Positions 1 through 13,299 of a DNA stretch of 64,000 bases are shown one piece after another (the stretch's first letter is position 1; every line of letters begins with the position of its first letter). Made by a program: the position numbers and the translations under genes. The notes under the pieces are model-generated. The model saw only the letters and a program-made list of their open reading frames with translations. It was not told where the DNA came from and did no database searches. Source of the stretch: Stegostoma tigrinum (lineage: Eukaryota); NCBI RefSeq assembly GCF_030684315.1, contig NC_081373.1:23847989-23911988 (forward strand). Reading direction: 5' to 3'.

Positions 1-212
1 ACTGAAAAACTAAAACTTAAAATACTGCTTCTATGGGAGTTTACCCCACCCATTCAGGCTGCTTCTATTGTTCCAACTTAAAAAAGAATCTCAAGGCCTT
101 ATGAACTGTTTACTCTACTGGCTCTGAGTATACCAATCAGAACCGATGTCTCAACTTTTCTTCATTACAAAAAGGAACAAAATATAACTCTTAAAGCCAT
201 AGTATTGTCACA
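1..212 (-). mobile_element. Probable LTR fragment (LTR retrotransposon, truncated by window start)
   Basis: Ends in ...agtattgtcaca, i.e. TGTGACAATAC on the - strand, a typical TG-starting LTR terminus; no coding part visible. Confidence 0.35.
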
Positions 213-1889
213 AACCCCTCTCAATGAACCGTGATCCTAAACCCCCTCAATGATCTGATTCCAACCCTCCCCAATGAACCCTGATCCTAACAATGCCCCC
301 CCCCAATCCCAATATTGCTTGGCTCTGTATTCTTTACCCAATGTTTCAGCTTGTTGGACCTGCCTGGCTCTGCGCTCTTGCTCACCACACTTAGCCTGTG
401 CTATTCTACTTCCCTCACCCTCATACACCCAGCTCATGACTACGATCTTCCCCAGCTATCTACAACCATGGCCTTCAAATCCTGTCCGGCTGCAGCCTAT
501 AGAGACCTATGGCCCAGTTGGCTAACCAATCAATCTGAATGTCTGTAAGAAAGTAATGGGGACAAACAAGGTAATCAGGTCCTGTTACTATGTTCACTGG
601 GGTCTCTGGTATTTGACAATGCCTAAAAACAATGGAACAGTAGTCCAGCTTCTTCCCTGGTTCCAATTTAAATTCAGCCTGAAATTTTGTAAAATCTCTT
701 TTTTCTATAGGAGGGGTTAACATTGGTGATGTGGCTTCCAAACTGTGACTGACATATGCAAGCAAATGATATTACTGAGTTTACAAATATCAGTTTCCAT
801 CTTTACATTAAAAAATAGCAACCTGTCAAATGTATTATTAGCAGCAAAATTAACAACTTAAAAAGGCCAAATCAGGTTAAGAGGTATATTTTCACATTAC
901 AGCAATTAAATTTGTCAATTTTTCAGGGATCAGAGGAAAATGAGACAAAGTCATGTGGCTGAAATGGGCAACTGTCTCAGATGAAGCAAAATATCCAAGA
1001 AGTCATTCCAGGCAAAGTGTCTTCACTCAATTTGGCTAAGTGAAGGGATAGATACATATATATTGTGTAGTGTGAGAACTTGTTTAATCTTCTTTGGCCT
1101 CTGCATCAGAAAGACATGGCCACTCTGGCTTCATCCATTTCATACATAATTTATTAATTGGTCTAAACTCTGACCATTGACAAAGTCGATTATGTCAAAC
1201 GTGTCCTATACTGGAGAGTGGTCAATATGCCACAAGGTAACAAAAATAAGTCATAATTAGCAGTGAAAAAGGAATTCAAAAACTCTCCCACATATTGTGA
1301 ATGATTGTTCAATGCACATATCAGAGTACGGATAATTTTCTACAATTTGACCTTGCTGGGTGGAACTAAATGGAACAAAACAGACGTGAACTCATTGAAT
1401 GATGAAGGAGGCTCAAAGCTCAAAATGGCCAACTTCTGCACTTATTTCAAATGTTCTCATAACTAAAGTTAACAGGTTTTAAAATAGATTTAACTGTGCC
1501 TAAGGTGGATAGGTTTAAAAACAAAATGTGACAGTGAAAATACAAAAGCAATGAGGCATTCTGGAGAAGGCAACAGGCCTTAAAAATGTAAAATGTGACT
1601 ACAGATTTGTAATTGGTGATTTTGAAGGCGCGACTCTGATGTACATGAGAATGCAGATGCATTGCTCCAATTTCTAATGATATATTCCAATAATAATCAT
1701 CCAGCATAGCTTCTAAAAAAATTTAGTCAAAATATGCTTTTTTTTGTTCTGACAAGTTTTTTTGTTTGTAATATGAATTCTAAATGCTTGTAGTTTTAAA
1801 AGTCATTACAATCCAGCAGCATCCCCACTCCTTACATACTCACTTTTGTCTCATGTCAGGACCCTGTTTTTTATTCTTTTGTAGAATGA

Positions 1890-2125
1890 GGACATTGCTG
1901 GCTGGCTTCTATTGTGCTTCTATTCCTAATTGCCCAGAGGGGTCAGCTAAGGGTCAACCACACTGCTGTGGGACTGGAATCACACATAGGCCTGGCAAGT
2001 ATGGCAGTTTACTTGTCTAAAGGGGATCCTATCAGACAATGGTGAGACTCAAACCCAGGGACCCAGGTACAGTTCTGGGGACCTGAGTTAGTAGGCTAGT
2101 GACAATACCACTAGGCCATTGCCTA
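1890..2125 (-). mobile_element. Decayed tRNA-derived SINE (same family as 19830-20160)
   Basis: Reverse complement resembles the 19830/24415 copies (ggcaatggcctagtggtattgtcactag head; gggcaattaggaatag tail). Confidence 0.55.
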
Positions 2126-2589
2126 CCTGTTGTCTCGAGAAAATCCTCACCTAGGGGCTTTTACAAGCAGTAATGGACATTAATACAAAGACAGTATGAT
2201 ATCAAGGATACTAAAATTATAGGTGAGAGAGAATTAAAATAAATAGGACTATTTCAACTGCAGGGCAGAGAACATTGTTAGAGAAGGTTTTGCAATAGAG
2301 GGGAGTCATGACTGAGGCCATCATATCCCTTAAAGAAAGCAAAACTGGACAAATATTTGAAACTGGGGAAGACATCCAGAAATGGGAAGAGAGAGCAAGG
2401 AAACAGGATTAGTTCTGAATTTCCCAAAGTAATAAATTGGCACCAGCACAACTGGCTGAATGAACTCCTTCTGAATTTGTCACCCACTTCAGTTGAGCAA
2501 CCTTTTACACACTCAGTTTTTTGGCTTGGCAACATAGCAGAGGTAAATAAAGAAAATCAATAATAAATAAAGCAAAATCCAGTAGATTC

Positions 2590-3295
2590 TGTAGGAAATT
2601 CAGGAGGAAAAGAGGGACCTTATATGCTTGTCCCCGCAAATCCCTGAAGGTGGCAAGGCGGGGTAGTAGGGTGGTTAAGAAGGCATATGGGATACTCGTC
2701 TCTATAAATTGAGATTATGATACCAGGTGGTTATGTTGAAGCTGTACAGAACTTTGGTTAGGGCACAGCTGGAATACAGTGTGCAGTTCTGGTTAACATA
2801 AGGTAGGAAGGATGCAATTGCACTGATGGGTGTGTAGAGAAGATTCAACGGGATTGTGCCTGGGATAGAGCAGTTTAGCTATGAAGAGAAGCTGGATAAG
2901 CCCGGGTTGCTTTCTGTGGAGCGGAGGAGGTTGAAGGCGGTCCTGATAGAGTTTTATAAGATTGTAAGGGGCAGGAATAGAGTAAATAGAAAGCAGCTTG
3001 TTCCTTCAGATGAAGAATCAATAACAAAGGGATACACTTTTAAGACGAAATGCAGAAGATTTAGCAGGGATTTGAGGAAACTCTTTATCACCGAGAAGGA
3101 TCTGGACCCCCTGCATGGGAGGGTAGTCAAGGTGGGTAACCTCATAAATGTTAAAAAGTACGTGGATGAGGACTTGAAATGTTATAACTTTCGAGGCTAT
3201 GAGCTGATGCCGGAAAGCAGTACTGGCGTAGATTTAGTGTAGTTTTGGCAATACAAGCTTGTTTGACTGTAGAGACTCTTCTGTATTCTATGATT
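2590..3295 (+). mobile_element. CR1-clade LINE 3' fragment (degenerate)
   Basis: ORF 2856-3242 has CR1 ORF2 C-terminal motifs (MPGIEQFSYEEKL..GL.S.ERRRL...LIE.YKI); short-repeat tail ttctgtattctatgattctat. Confidence 0.8.
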
Positions 3296-3389
3296 CTATA
3301 ATTCAAAGTGCTGGAGAAATTCAATAGGTCTGACAATGTTTGTAGAGAGAAAAACCAAATTAATGAAATAACTCTTTCAGTAAAAAGTA

Positions 3390-5015
3390 TCAGATTAAAA
3401 AACAAATACATACAAAAAAGCAAAGATTAGTGGGAAACTAGTAGATTGGGAAATCTTTAAAGAGAGCCACAAAAAGAGTTATAAAGAGAAATAAGATAGA
3501 TTATGAGAGTAAACTAGCTCAAAATATAAAAACAGGCAGCAAAAGTTTCTATAAATATGTAAATTGTCAAAGCGTGTTGAAGGTAAATATTGGTCCTTTA
3601 GAGGAATGTAAGGCCAATTTAATAACTGGGATGAGGAAATTGCCGAGACATTAAACAGTTATCTTGTGTCGCTCTTCACAGTGGAAGACACAAATAACAT
3701 GCTGAAAACTGATGGCAAGAAGGTTATCGAGATAGTAGGAACTGCAGATGCTGGAGAATCTGAGATAACAATGTGTAGAGCTGGATGAGCACAGCAGGCC
3801 AAGCAGCATCAGACGAGCAGGATGAGGACCGAGAAACTATCACTATCACTAAGGAGGCAGTGCTGGGCAAGCTAATGGGGTTAAAGGTAGACAAGTCTAC
3901 TGGCCCTAATGAAATGCATCCCATGGTACAAAAAAAGAGGTGATGGGGGAAATAGCAAATGCACTAGTAACTATGTACCAAAATTCACTGGACTCTGGGG
4001 TGGTTCCCACAAATTGGAATGTGCCAATGTGACACCACTGTTAAAAAAGGAAGTAGACAAGAAGCAGGTAACTATAGGCCAGTTAGCTTAACTTCGGTGG
4101 TAAAGAAAATGTTTGAGTCTATCTTTAAGGAAGAAACAGTAAGACAACTAGATACAAATTCTCCCATTGGGAACACCCAGCATGGGTTCATGAAGGGTTA
4201 GGTCATGTTAACAAATTTGGTGGAATTCTTTGAGGACATTACTTGCGTGGTGGGCAATGGGGAACCTGTAGCTGTGGTATATCTGGATTTCCAAAAGGCA
4301 TTTGACAAGGTGCCACATCAAAGGCTGTTACATAAGATAAAGTTGCATGGTATCACAGGTAATGTATTGGCATGGATAGTGGATTGGTTGAGGAGTAGAA
4401 AGCAAACAGTTAAGGGTAAATGTGTGTTTATCTGGTTGGCAGTCAGTGGCTAGTTGTGTGTCTCAGGGATCAGTGTTGGGACCGCAAATGTTTACAATTT
4501 ATACATATGATTTGGAGTTGGGGACTAAGTGTGGTGTGTCAAGATTTGCAAATGACACTTAGGTGAGTGGTACAGCAAAGTGTGCAGAAGACACTGCAAG
4601 TCTGCAGAGGGATACAGATCGTCTAAGTGAGTGGGTAAAGTTCTGGCAGATGGAGTACAATGTTGACAAGTGTGAGGTCATCCATTTTGGTGGGAATAAC
4701 AGCAAAATGGACTACGTTTTAAATGGTAACAAATTGTAGCATGCTGCTGTGCAGAGGGACTTGGGTGTCTTTGTGCATGAATCGCTAACAGTAAGATTGC
4801 AGGTGCAGCAGGTAATTAAAAAGGCAAATGGAATTCTGTCTGTCATTGCTAGAGGGGTGGAGTTGGCTAAATTTTTGAAATGTAAAGGAATTAAGGGTTA
4901 TGGTGCGTGGGCGGGTAAGTGGAGCTGAATCTCAAAAAGATCAGCCATGATCTTATTGAATGGTGGGGCAGGCTCGAGTGGCCAGATGGCCAACTCCTGC
5001 TCCTAGTTCTTATGC
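3390..5015 (+). mobile_element. CR1-clade LINE reverse transcriptase fragment (frameshifted), with a short Penelope-terminal insert at ~3725-3820
   Basis: ANVTPL, GNYRPVSLTSVV, QHGF, YLDFQKAFDKVPH and QGSVLGP motifs in broken frames. Confidence 0.9.
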
Positions 5016-5343
5016 AAAATCGGTGAAACTTCAAAGAGTAGAAATCTTGAATTAACAACTCTATTTATCACTCACAGCAAACATACAGTGCCTAATAAAG
5101 TTTATATCAAGCAATTTGTAACCCTGTTGTCAGGACTTAAATTATCCTATTTGAACTCTGAATTTTGAATAATCTGAGGTAAGCCAGAGAAGCCAACTAG
5201 ATGTCAGCATCAGAGAGACACAGCCAGAGATCTCCGAAGGCTTGACACCAGACTAGCATGTAGGTGCATCAAATGATGTATTTCACAAAGTGCCGTGAAA
5301 CGCAGATGAAGACAAGTTTACCGCTTTTAAATTTAAAACTTAC

Positions 5344-5459
5344 TTGAAATTTAGAAATCTTGATGATCTGTCTGGCTTTGCATCAACAATATCTCCTGTT
5401 GCTTTGTCATCTTCCTCTGTTGCAGGTACAGCAGAGGATTCATCTTCCATTTCAAACAT
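5344..5459 (-). CDS. CASP7: Caspase-7, first coding exon (prodomain MFEMEDESSAVPATEEDDKATGDIVDAKPDRSSRFLNF/K); remainder of gene lies left of the window
   Basis: DIVD-AKPDRSS matches the human CASP7 DSVD-AKPDRSS prodomain cleavage site; acceptor catgcttcag at 5462, donor GTAAGT at 5343 in phase 2 as in human; head-to-head synteny with NRAP. Confidence 0.88.
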
Positions 5460-5776
5460 ATCTGAAGCATGATAAGAGTTATTAATGTAAGTTTTGAGCA
5501 TACCAGAATACTCTGAAATTAATGTAAACACCCATAATGTTGTGTGAATAGTGGAGCTGGTAATATTAATATTTAAATGAAAAATTCTATAATGCGCATA
5601 TCCAATTCTAAAAGTTACCAATTAAAACAAATAAATATCCAACCAATTGTTAGACTGAATTCAATAAGTGTTATCAAAAATCTGAATCAGGTAAATGTAC
5701 AATGCAGATGCAGGGAATTGCACACTCTCATTACAGCATTGTCTCTTCAAATAAAATTTTGATAATTTTAACTGAG

Positions 5777-5999
5777 GTCGTGTCTGCGTGGGTTTTTTCT
5801 GGGTGCTCTGGTTTCCTTCCACAGTCCAAAGATGTGCAGGCTAGGTGGATCGGCCGTGCTAAATTGCCTATAGTGTTCAGTGGTGTGTGGGTTATAGGGG
5901 AATGGGTCTGGGTGGGATGCTTCAAGGGGCGGTGTGGACTTGTTGGGCCGAAGGGCCTGTTTCCAACTTGTAGGTAATCTAATCTAATCAAATCTAATC
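5777..5999 (+). mobile_element. HE1-like SINE, 5'-truncated
   Basis: gtgtctgcgtgggtt..ccacagtccaaagatgtgcagg core, CR1-like 3' end, (aatct)n tail. Confidence 0.8.
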
Positions 6000-7559
6000 C
6001 TTTGAAGCCTAATTTTACTCTTACCCAACACCCACTCATCTACTTCCAGCAGGGATCACTAGGTAGCATACAACTGGAACCCTAACCAATTTCCCCATCA
6101 CTCCCCGATCCATAAATGTGGCAATTGGCAAAAGTTAGCTTAATCAGTAGCAGTCAAACTACTTTATTGGTTCAATCAAACTGCACTTAGTCTAGGTACA
6201 CGTTGCACTGCAAATTCGATGCATATGTTGTAATGGCAGATTTTGTTTCATGGCTGAGGTGTTAATCTGGCTGTAAGCAAACTAACAGGATTAGTTAAAG
6301 TGGGGACTTCTTTTGTATACCTCAATTTATGGTTGTTTTAACCCACCAATGCAAATCAAATTAATCAAATCATGTTCTTTGTGGCAGTTGCTGTTTTTTG
6401 ACAGATTTAAACAGCTACAGAGTCTGTTTAAAACATGAAGAGTCTGTTCTTTGTTCTCTTGTTTGGAGGTTGTTTCTTTGTATCAATTTTACGTAATACA
6501 GAAAATGGGAAGATAGTTTAGAAGATGGCTTCAGCTAAGAAATCCACAAATAACTTGCAGCTATAAGGTCTATAGTACTTTTTGATTTGCCTTGCAAAGA
6601 ACCATGTATTTAACAAACAACGTGAGAAATAATCGCACCAAACACCATTTCTTCTTCATCTTTGTTACTACAGCAGTATACAATATGAATACATCAATTT
6701 CTAAACAGCAGTTTTGAACTTGTTTGTTACACTTGCAGTTTAGTATGCAACAGTGCAAGAATAAATCCTCAGTGGACAGCCACAAGCAGGAAATAATTTT
6801 AAGAAACCAAAAAGGCTAAAACATACAACAATATGCAAACAACAATATTAAAAAAAATGATGTGAGCTGTTTTTGGATATGCAAAGATCTAAAACTTACA
6901 AATCATTAAAGTAAATTTGTTCCAAAGGGTGTTAAAGTCAATTGATGCAAGACTACTTCCAGGACTTGGACCATGACAAAATTGATCTTAATTGAAATTT
7001 GAATAATCTTAATGGTCAGTATTTTAACTTTAACAGGCCATTTACTCTCATGCTTCTTGGTCACTGGATAGAGTACAAAATGCAGCCAGAGACATAACTC
7101 TCTTTCCTAGACTGAGTCTGCGAATGATACCAACGGCATAATGTCACATTTAAATTCTGACCCTAATCTCTGGTGTGTGAAGAACACACAGGGTTATTAC
7201 ATAAATTCAAACATGTTACTTAAACTTTTTTTTCATCAGTTACTTTCTGCTCCATTTTGCCTGAAGCCAAAGCTTCTTTGCTGGTCAAAATTTTACTGAC
7301 AGTCAATCCAAGTATGAGATCCTATCTGCATTCTGAGTCAGAGATAAGGATGCTGTCACAGAACTACAAGACTTCCTTCTTAATAGATTAACTGAGTTGA
7401 GATGAAAAGCTTGATCTTGTGGAAGTGGAATATTCTTAATCTTTGTACTTCAGATCAATCTAAATGAATGAGTATCGAAGGAAGCCAGATGCTTTTAGAA
7501 ATCACTTTCTTGTTTGTGCAATGTCCTTCCGACTATCTTGTAGGCATGCATATACACCA

Positions 7560-8290
7560 TATCATAGAGTCAGAAGGTTTATGACACAGAGCAAAATCAC
7601 TTGGCACACTGTCTGTGCTGACCAAACTAAAAGAAACCCAGCCTAATCCCACTTTCTAGCATTTGGCAGGTAGCCTGACAGGTTTTGACACTGTAGACGT
7701 ATGCCCAGACATCTTTTAAATGATTTGTAGGTTTCTGCCTCTATTACCCTTTCAGGAAATGAATTCCAGACTCCCTGCCACCCTCTGGGTGATACAATCT
7801 TCCTCCTAATCTTTCTACCAATCATTTTAAATCTATGCCCAAATCACTGATCCTCCTCATCCATTCTGTCCAGACAATTCACTATTAGGTATATCACATC
7901 TCTCCTTAGCTTTTCCTGTTCTAAGGAACTTATCCAATCATTCCCCAAAACTGTATTTTTCTGGTCCTGGGAACATCCTTGTAAACTTACCCTATCCCCT
8001 CTCTCTTATGTAATCACATCCTTTCTGTAATGAAATGCCCAGAACTACACACACTACCCAAGTGATGGCCTAATTAAAAACTTCTAAAGTTCCAGCATAA
8101 CATCCCTGAGCTTATATTCAAACGTTGATTGACAAAAGGAAAAGATTCCTTCTGCCTTCTAAGCCATTTTATTAACCTATCTTGTTACATCCAGGGAGCT
8201 GCGGACATTTACCTCACAATCCAGTGCTTTTTCTACACCTCTCAGTATGATGTGTACTCCTTTGCCTTTTTTGACCACACAGATGCACGG
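7560..8290 (-). mobile_element. CR1 LINE 3' fragment
   Basis: Minus ORF with VWNSFPERVIEAET..SFKR.L, the CR1 ORF2 end; 3' UTR-like tail. Confidence 0.7.
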
Positions 8291-8309
8291 CCACACTTCT
8301 TAAAATAAA

Positions 8310-9400
8310 ATGCTCATGGAATGTAAGCGATAACTTGGCTAACATTTATTGCACCCCCCCAATGGCCCTCGAAGTGATGACAATGAACTGCCTTCCTAAC
8401 CCATAAAAGTCCTTGGGGAGTGGAGCGTGCACAGTGCTGTTAGAATGGCAGTTTCAAGAACTCTCACCAGCAGCGAAGGCGCAGTGATATTATATTCCAA
8501 GTCAGGATTATGCATGACTTGAAGGGGAATGTGTATGTGGTGGTGCTCCCATGTATCTGCTGCACTGAGCCTCAGTGAGTTGCTGCAGTGAAACTTGTGG
8601 ATGGTACACATTGCTGCTGTGTATCTGTTGGGAAGGGAGTGAATATTCAAGGTAATGGATAGGGTGCCAATCAAGCAGACATATTTGTCCTGTGTGGTAC
8701 TTCTTCAGTGTTACTGGAGCTGCACCCAGTCAGGCAAATGGAGAGTACGCCATCAGATTCTTGACTTGTGCCTTGTAGATGATGGACAGGCATTTGGGAG
8801 GTAGGGGGTGAACTATTTACTACAGGATTCCTACTCTCAGACATGCTGTTGTAGAGGCTATATGTACATGGCTGGTCTAATTTAGATTCTGTTGATGGTA
8901 ACCCCCTAGGATGTTAATGGTAGGGGATTCAGTGATGGCAATGGCATTGAATATCAAGGAGCAATGCTTAAATTCTCTTAATGTAGATGGTCATTGCCTG
9001 GCACTTGTGTGGTGCAAATATTTCTTGCCACTGGCCAGCCTAAACCTGGACATTGTACAGTTTTTACTGCATACGGACATGGACTGCTTCAGCACCTGAG
9101 GTGTCACAAATGATGCTGAACATTGCAGATACCATCCTCACTTTCAACCTTATAGTAAGAAAAAAGGTCATAGGCTGAAGATGTTGGGCCTAGGACACTT
9201 CTGAGGAACTGCATTATGACCCAAGCGGCAATGATTGACATCCAACAAACACAATCATCTGTCCTTGTGGTAGGTGTGACTCCAACAGCAGAGAGATCCT
9301 CTTCCACCCCAGTTCCTATTAACTCCAGTTTTCTTCACGCTGTTTGATGCCATACTTGGTTAAATGTTGCCTATATGTCAAGGGTGGTGACTCTCACTCA
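8310..9400 (-). mobile_element. LINE 3' fragment (CR1/L2-group)
   Basis: Minus ORF LNIHSL...AAMCTIHK.HCSNS; 3' end shared with copies at 19540, 33640 and 62240. Confidence 0.65.
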
Positions 9401-9406
9401 CTCACT

Positions 9407-9437
9407 CATCACCACCATCATCATCATCATCATCATC
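9407..9437 (+). repeat. (CAT)n microsatellite at SINE tail
   Basis: catcaccaccatcatcatcatcatcatcatc. Confidence 0.85.
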
Positions 9438-9718
9438 ACAGAATCCCTACAGTGTAGAAACAGGCCCTTCGGCCCAACAAGTCCATACTGAACCTCAGAG
9501 CATCCCACCCAGATCCTTCCCCCTATAACACCTAATCTACATATCCCTGAACACTACAAGCAATTTAGCCTGGCCAATCCACTTAGCCTGCACATCATTA
9601 GACTGTGGGAGGAAACCAGAGCACCTGGAAGAAACCCATGCAGAGACGGGGAGAATGTGCAAACTCCATAGATACAGTCGCCTGATGGTGGAATCAAACC
9701 CAGGTTCCTGGCACTGTG
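9438..9718 (-). mobile_element. HE1-like SINE
   Basis: Reverse complement of the HE1 core (gggtttgattcc B-box, gagtttgcacattctccccgtctctgc). Confidence 0.85.
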
Positions 9719-10336
9719 CCCAATTCTCTAGAGTGAATTCCATTTATCACTCTTCTGTCCACTGGAGCAACCACTGATAACTTCGTGCAGTCTACAGTTA
9801 TCATCCGCACTAACAACCATGCTGCTAATGTTTCTGCCATCATTAAACTTTGGTCATTCCCCTACATTTTTGTCCAATTTGTTAAAAAAAACACAAATAG
9901 GCAATCTATTACAGAGCCCTGCAGAACTTCACCAGAAACACCCAAAAGTATTATTAGTTACCCTTTGTTTTATGCCAATGAACTAGTTTTGTAGCAAGCT
10001 TGCATAGCTGATCTGGATCCCATGGATTTTCTTTTAAATGAGTCTTCCTTGTTACCTCAAAAAAATGGAATAATTAATCAGACATGATCTTTCCTTATCC
10101 AATCAATGTGGCTACCTTTTGTTAATCCTTGCCGTTCTAAGTGATAGTTTATCTTTTCCCCAGAATTGGCTCCAATAATTTGGCAACTTGAGGTTCAACC
10201 ACCTGGCCTGTAATTTATCTCTCACTACCTTTGGGAACAAAGATACAGTATTAGCAATCACCCAACTTTCCAGGATCATCTGTTAAAAACTGGAAAACAA
10301 TGGTCACACCTTCACTATTTCCTTCCTGGTTTCCTT

Positions 10337-10610
10337 TCACAGCCCAGGGATCCGGGTTTGATTTCACCCTTGGGCGATGGTGTGGAGTTTGCACATTCTG
10401 TCTGTGTCTTTGAGGGTTTCCTCTGGGTGCTCCGGTTTCCTCCTACAGTCCAAAGATGTGCGGACTAGATGGATTGGACGTGCTCAATTGCCCGTAGTCT
10501 CCAAAGTTATCAGGATAGAGTAAGGGAGTGGGTCTGGGTGGGATGCTCTTCAGAGGGCTAGTGTGGACTTGATGGACCGAATGGCCAACATCCACATTGT
10601 AGGGATTCTG
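10337..10610 (+). mobile_element. HE1-like SINE
   Basis: cagggatccgggtttgatttc B-box, ggagtttgcacattc, cagtccaaagatgtgc. Confidence 0.85.
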
Positions 10611-11154
10611 TGCTTGTATTTTGTGAAAACAGATGCAAAGTGTTATATATGAATTGTACCCTATCTTCCACCTCCAGGGGCAGGTTACCTTTTTGGAGTT
10701 TGAGACCAAACTCTATTCTCTTGCTCTAAAAATATATCGGACTGAAATCTTACTTAGTGTTTCTTTTACACATTCCCAGTAAAAACATTTGACACCGACT
10801 ACAAAAGAGGTGTGCTAGTTATTTGCTTTTGTAGTTCTTGTCAGATTTGATAAATAGTTGCCTGCGAAAACTTTCTCAGAAATTCAGGAAATTAATTTCT
10901 ACAAAAATAACTGTATTTTTTCTAATACCATTATAATTATAGGCAGCACTTATGGAACTGAATAACTTACTTTTCACATGTACCATTTAAAATTATGAGA
11001 CTTTAAAACAGTGTAGAAATAATGTGAATACTTCATGACTGCTGAAAACTAATTCTGATATAGTCTTCAACACCTGACCACTTTAATATTTCTACATTCT
11101 ACAATACTGATGTGCTACGACAAACACAGAACACTGGAGAAACTCAGCAGGAGA

Positions 11155-12810
11155 AACTCCACATTACAGAAGAGGAGGTGCTGGTAGTCTTAAAACGCAG
11201 TAAGATAGATAAATCCCCGGGACCTGATGAATTAGATTAGGTTTTGTTGTAACGTGCACTTCAGTACAAAAGTATGGGAAGCCTATCCCAGGACTTTGTT
11301 GGACGGTAGGGAGAAAATTGTGGGATCCCTAGCAGACATATTTGTATCTTTGACAGTCATGGGTAAAGAGCCCAAAGACTGGAGGGTTGGTAATGTTGTG
11401 CCATTATTTAAGAAAGGCTGCAGGAAAATAGCTGGGAACTACACTGCTAAGCCTAATGTCTGTGGTAGGTAAGTTGTGAGAGGGGCTTCTGACAGGCAGG
11501 TTTTACAGGCATTTGGTAAGTCAAGTACTCATTTGGGATAGTCAGCATGGTGCTGTGGATAGGAAATTGTGTCTCATAAATTTGATTGAGTTTTTTGAGG
11601 GGGTGACCAAGAAAATAGATGAGGCCAGTGTAGGGGACATTGTTTACATGGACTTTAGCAAGGCCTTTGACAAGCTACTGCATGGTATGTTGTTAAGGTT
11701 CAATCTCATGGGTCCAGGGAGTGCTAGCCAATTGGATACAAAATTGGCTTGAAGGTAGAAGACAGATGATAGTGATAGAATCTTGCTTTTCAAATTGGAG
11801 ACCTGCGACCAGTGGTGTGCAACAGGATCAGTGCTGGGTCCACCGTTATTCATCATTTACATAGATGATTCGGATGACAGTTTAGGAGATATGGTTAGTA
11901 AGTTTGCAGATGACACCACGATTGGTGGTATAGTGGACAGTGAAGAGGGTTATGTGGGAATACAGGGAGATCTTGATCAACTGGGCCAGTGGGCTGAGAA
12001 ATGGCAGATGCAGTTTAATTTAGATAAATGCGAGATGTTGCGTTTTGGAGGGTCAAATGAGGGCAGGACTTACACAGTCAAAGGTAGGGCCTTGGGGAGT
12101 GTTATAGAACAAAGAGACTGAGGGGGAAAAATTCATAGCTTCTTGTAAGTGGAGTCAAAGGTAGGCAGGGTGATGAAGGCAGCTTTCGGCATGCTTGCTT
12201 TCATTGAACACAGCATTCAGTATAGGAGCTGGAAAAAGATGTTGCAGCTGTACAGGACACTGGTAACGCTACATTTGGAGTGCTGCAAGCAGTTCTGGTC
12301 GTCCAACTACAGAAAGGATATTATTAGAATAGAAAGAGTGCAGAAAACAAATTTACTAGGATGCTACCTGGCCTGGGAGGTTTGAATTATAAGGATAGAT
12401 TGAATAGTCGGGTACTTTTTTCCCTGGTGTGTAGGACACTGAAGGTTGACTGTCTAGAGGTCTATAAAATCATGCGAGGCATAGATAAAGTAGGCAGCCG
12501 ACAGCTTTTCCCCATGGCAGGGGAGTCTAAAACTAGAGGGCTTAGGTTTAAGTTGAGAGGGGAGAGATATAAAAGGGTCCAGAGGGGCAATCTGGCAGAT
12601 AGAGGGTGACGAGTGTCTGGAATGAGTTGTCAGAGGTAGTGGTGGAGGAGAATACAATTTTGTCATTTAAGAAACATTTGGATAGGTCCATGGATGGGAT
12701 GAGTATGGAGGGATATAACCGAACATAGACAAATGGAATTAGTTTAATTGTGGAAAACTGGGTGGGATGGACAAGGGCCTGTTTCCATGCTGCAAACCTG
12801 TATAACACTA
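11155..12810 (+). mobile_element. CR1 LINE ORF2 3' half (degenerate), inserted into a Penelope-terminal hairpin element
   Basis: NVVPLFKKG, YMDFSKAFDK, GSVLGP, SKFADDT and KWQMQFN motifs; the flanks 11101-11155 and 12815-12975 join into one short element. Confidence 0.9.
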
Positions 12811-13299
12811 TAAGCAGGACTGGCTGCATCTGTTGGGAGAGAAACAGTTACCATTTCAACTGCAGTTCTGAAGAAGTCTGCTTCTCTGCCAACAGATGTG
12901 GCCAGACCTGCTGAGTTTCTTCAGCATTTTCAATTTGGTTCAGTTTTCCAGCACCTGCAGTATTTTGCTTTTATTCCATTTGAGTTAGAACTCAGTTACA
13001 TGTTACAATTACTTTTAAAAAAAGAACATATTGGGTAACAGGAATCCTTCAGTGCCAGCTTAGGGTTAAAAAAAGGAAGTTACTTTCATATTTATTAATA
13101 TTTGGTACAATGGACTGCAGTTAGGTTGTGTAATCAGCTTTTAGGAGCTGAGTGAATCTTATGATTGACAAAAATGGATCAAATGCCAATGGAATAAGTC
13201 CCTAATCTCCACTCAGTTAAATCCTATCTCTCAATTGATCAGCTCCAATTAGTCCTTCTTCCACCATCGGTTGTTTAAATAAAGGCTATACAGAAAACA

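Noticed and set aside
475-765. 96-aa - strand ORF as a further CASP7 exon
   Set aside because: No caspase motifs (YxM, GxCIIINN) and no convincing donor; probably a chance intronic ORF
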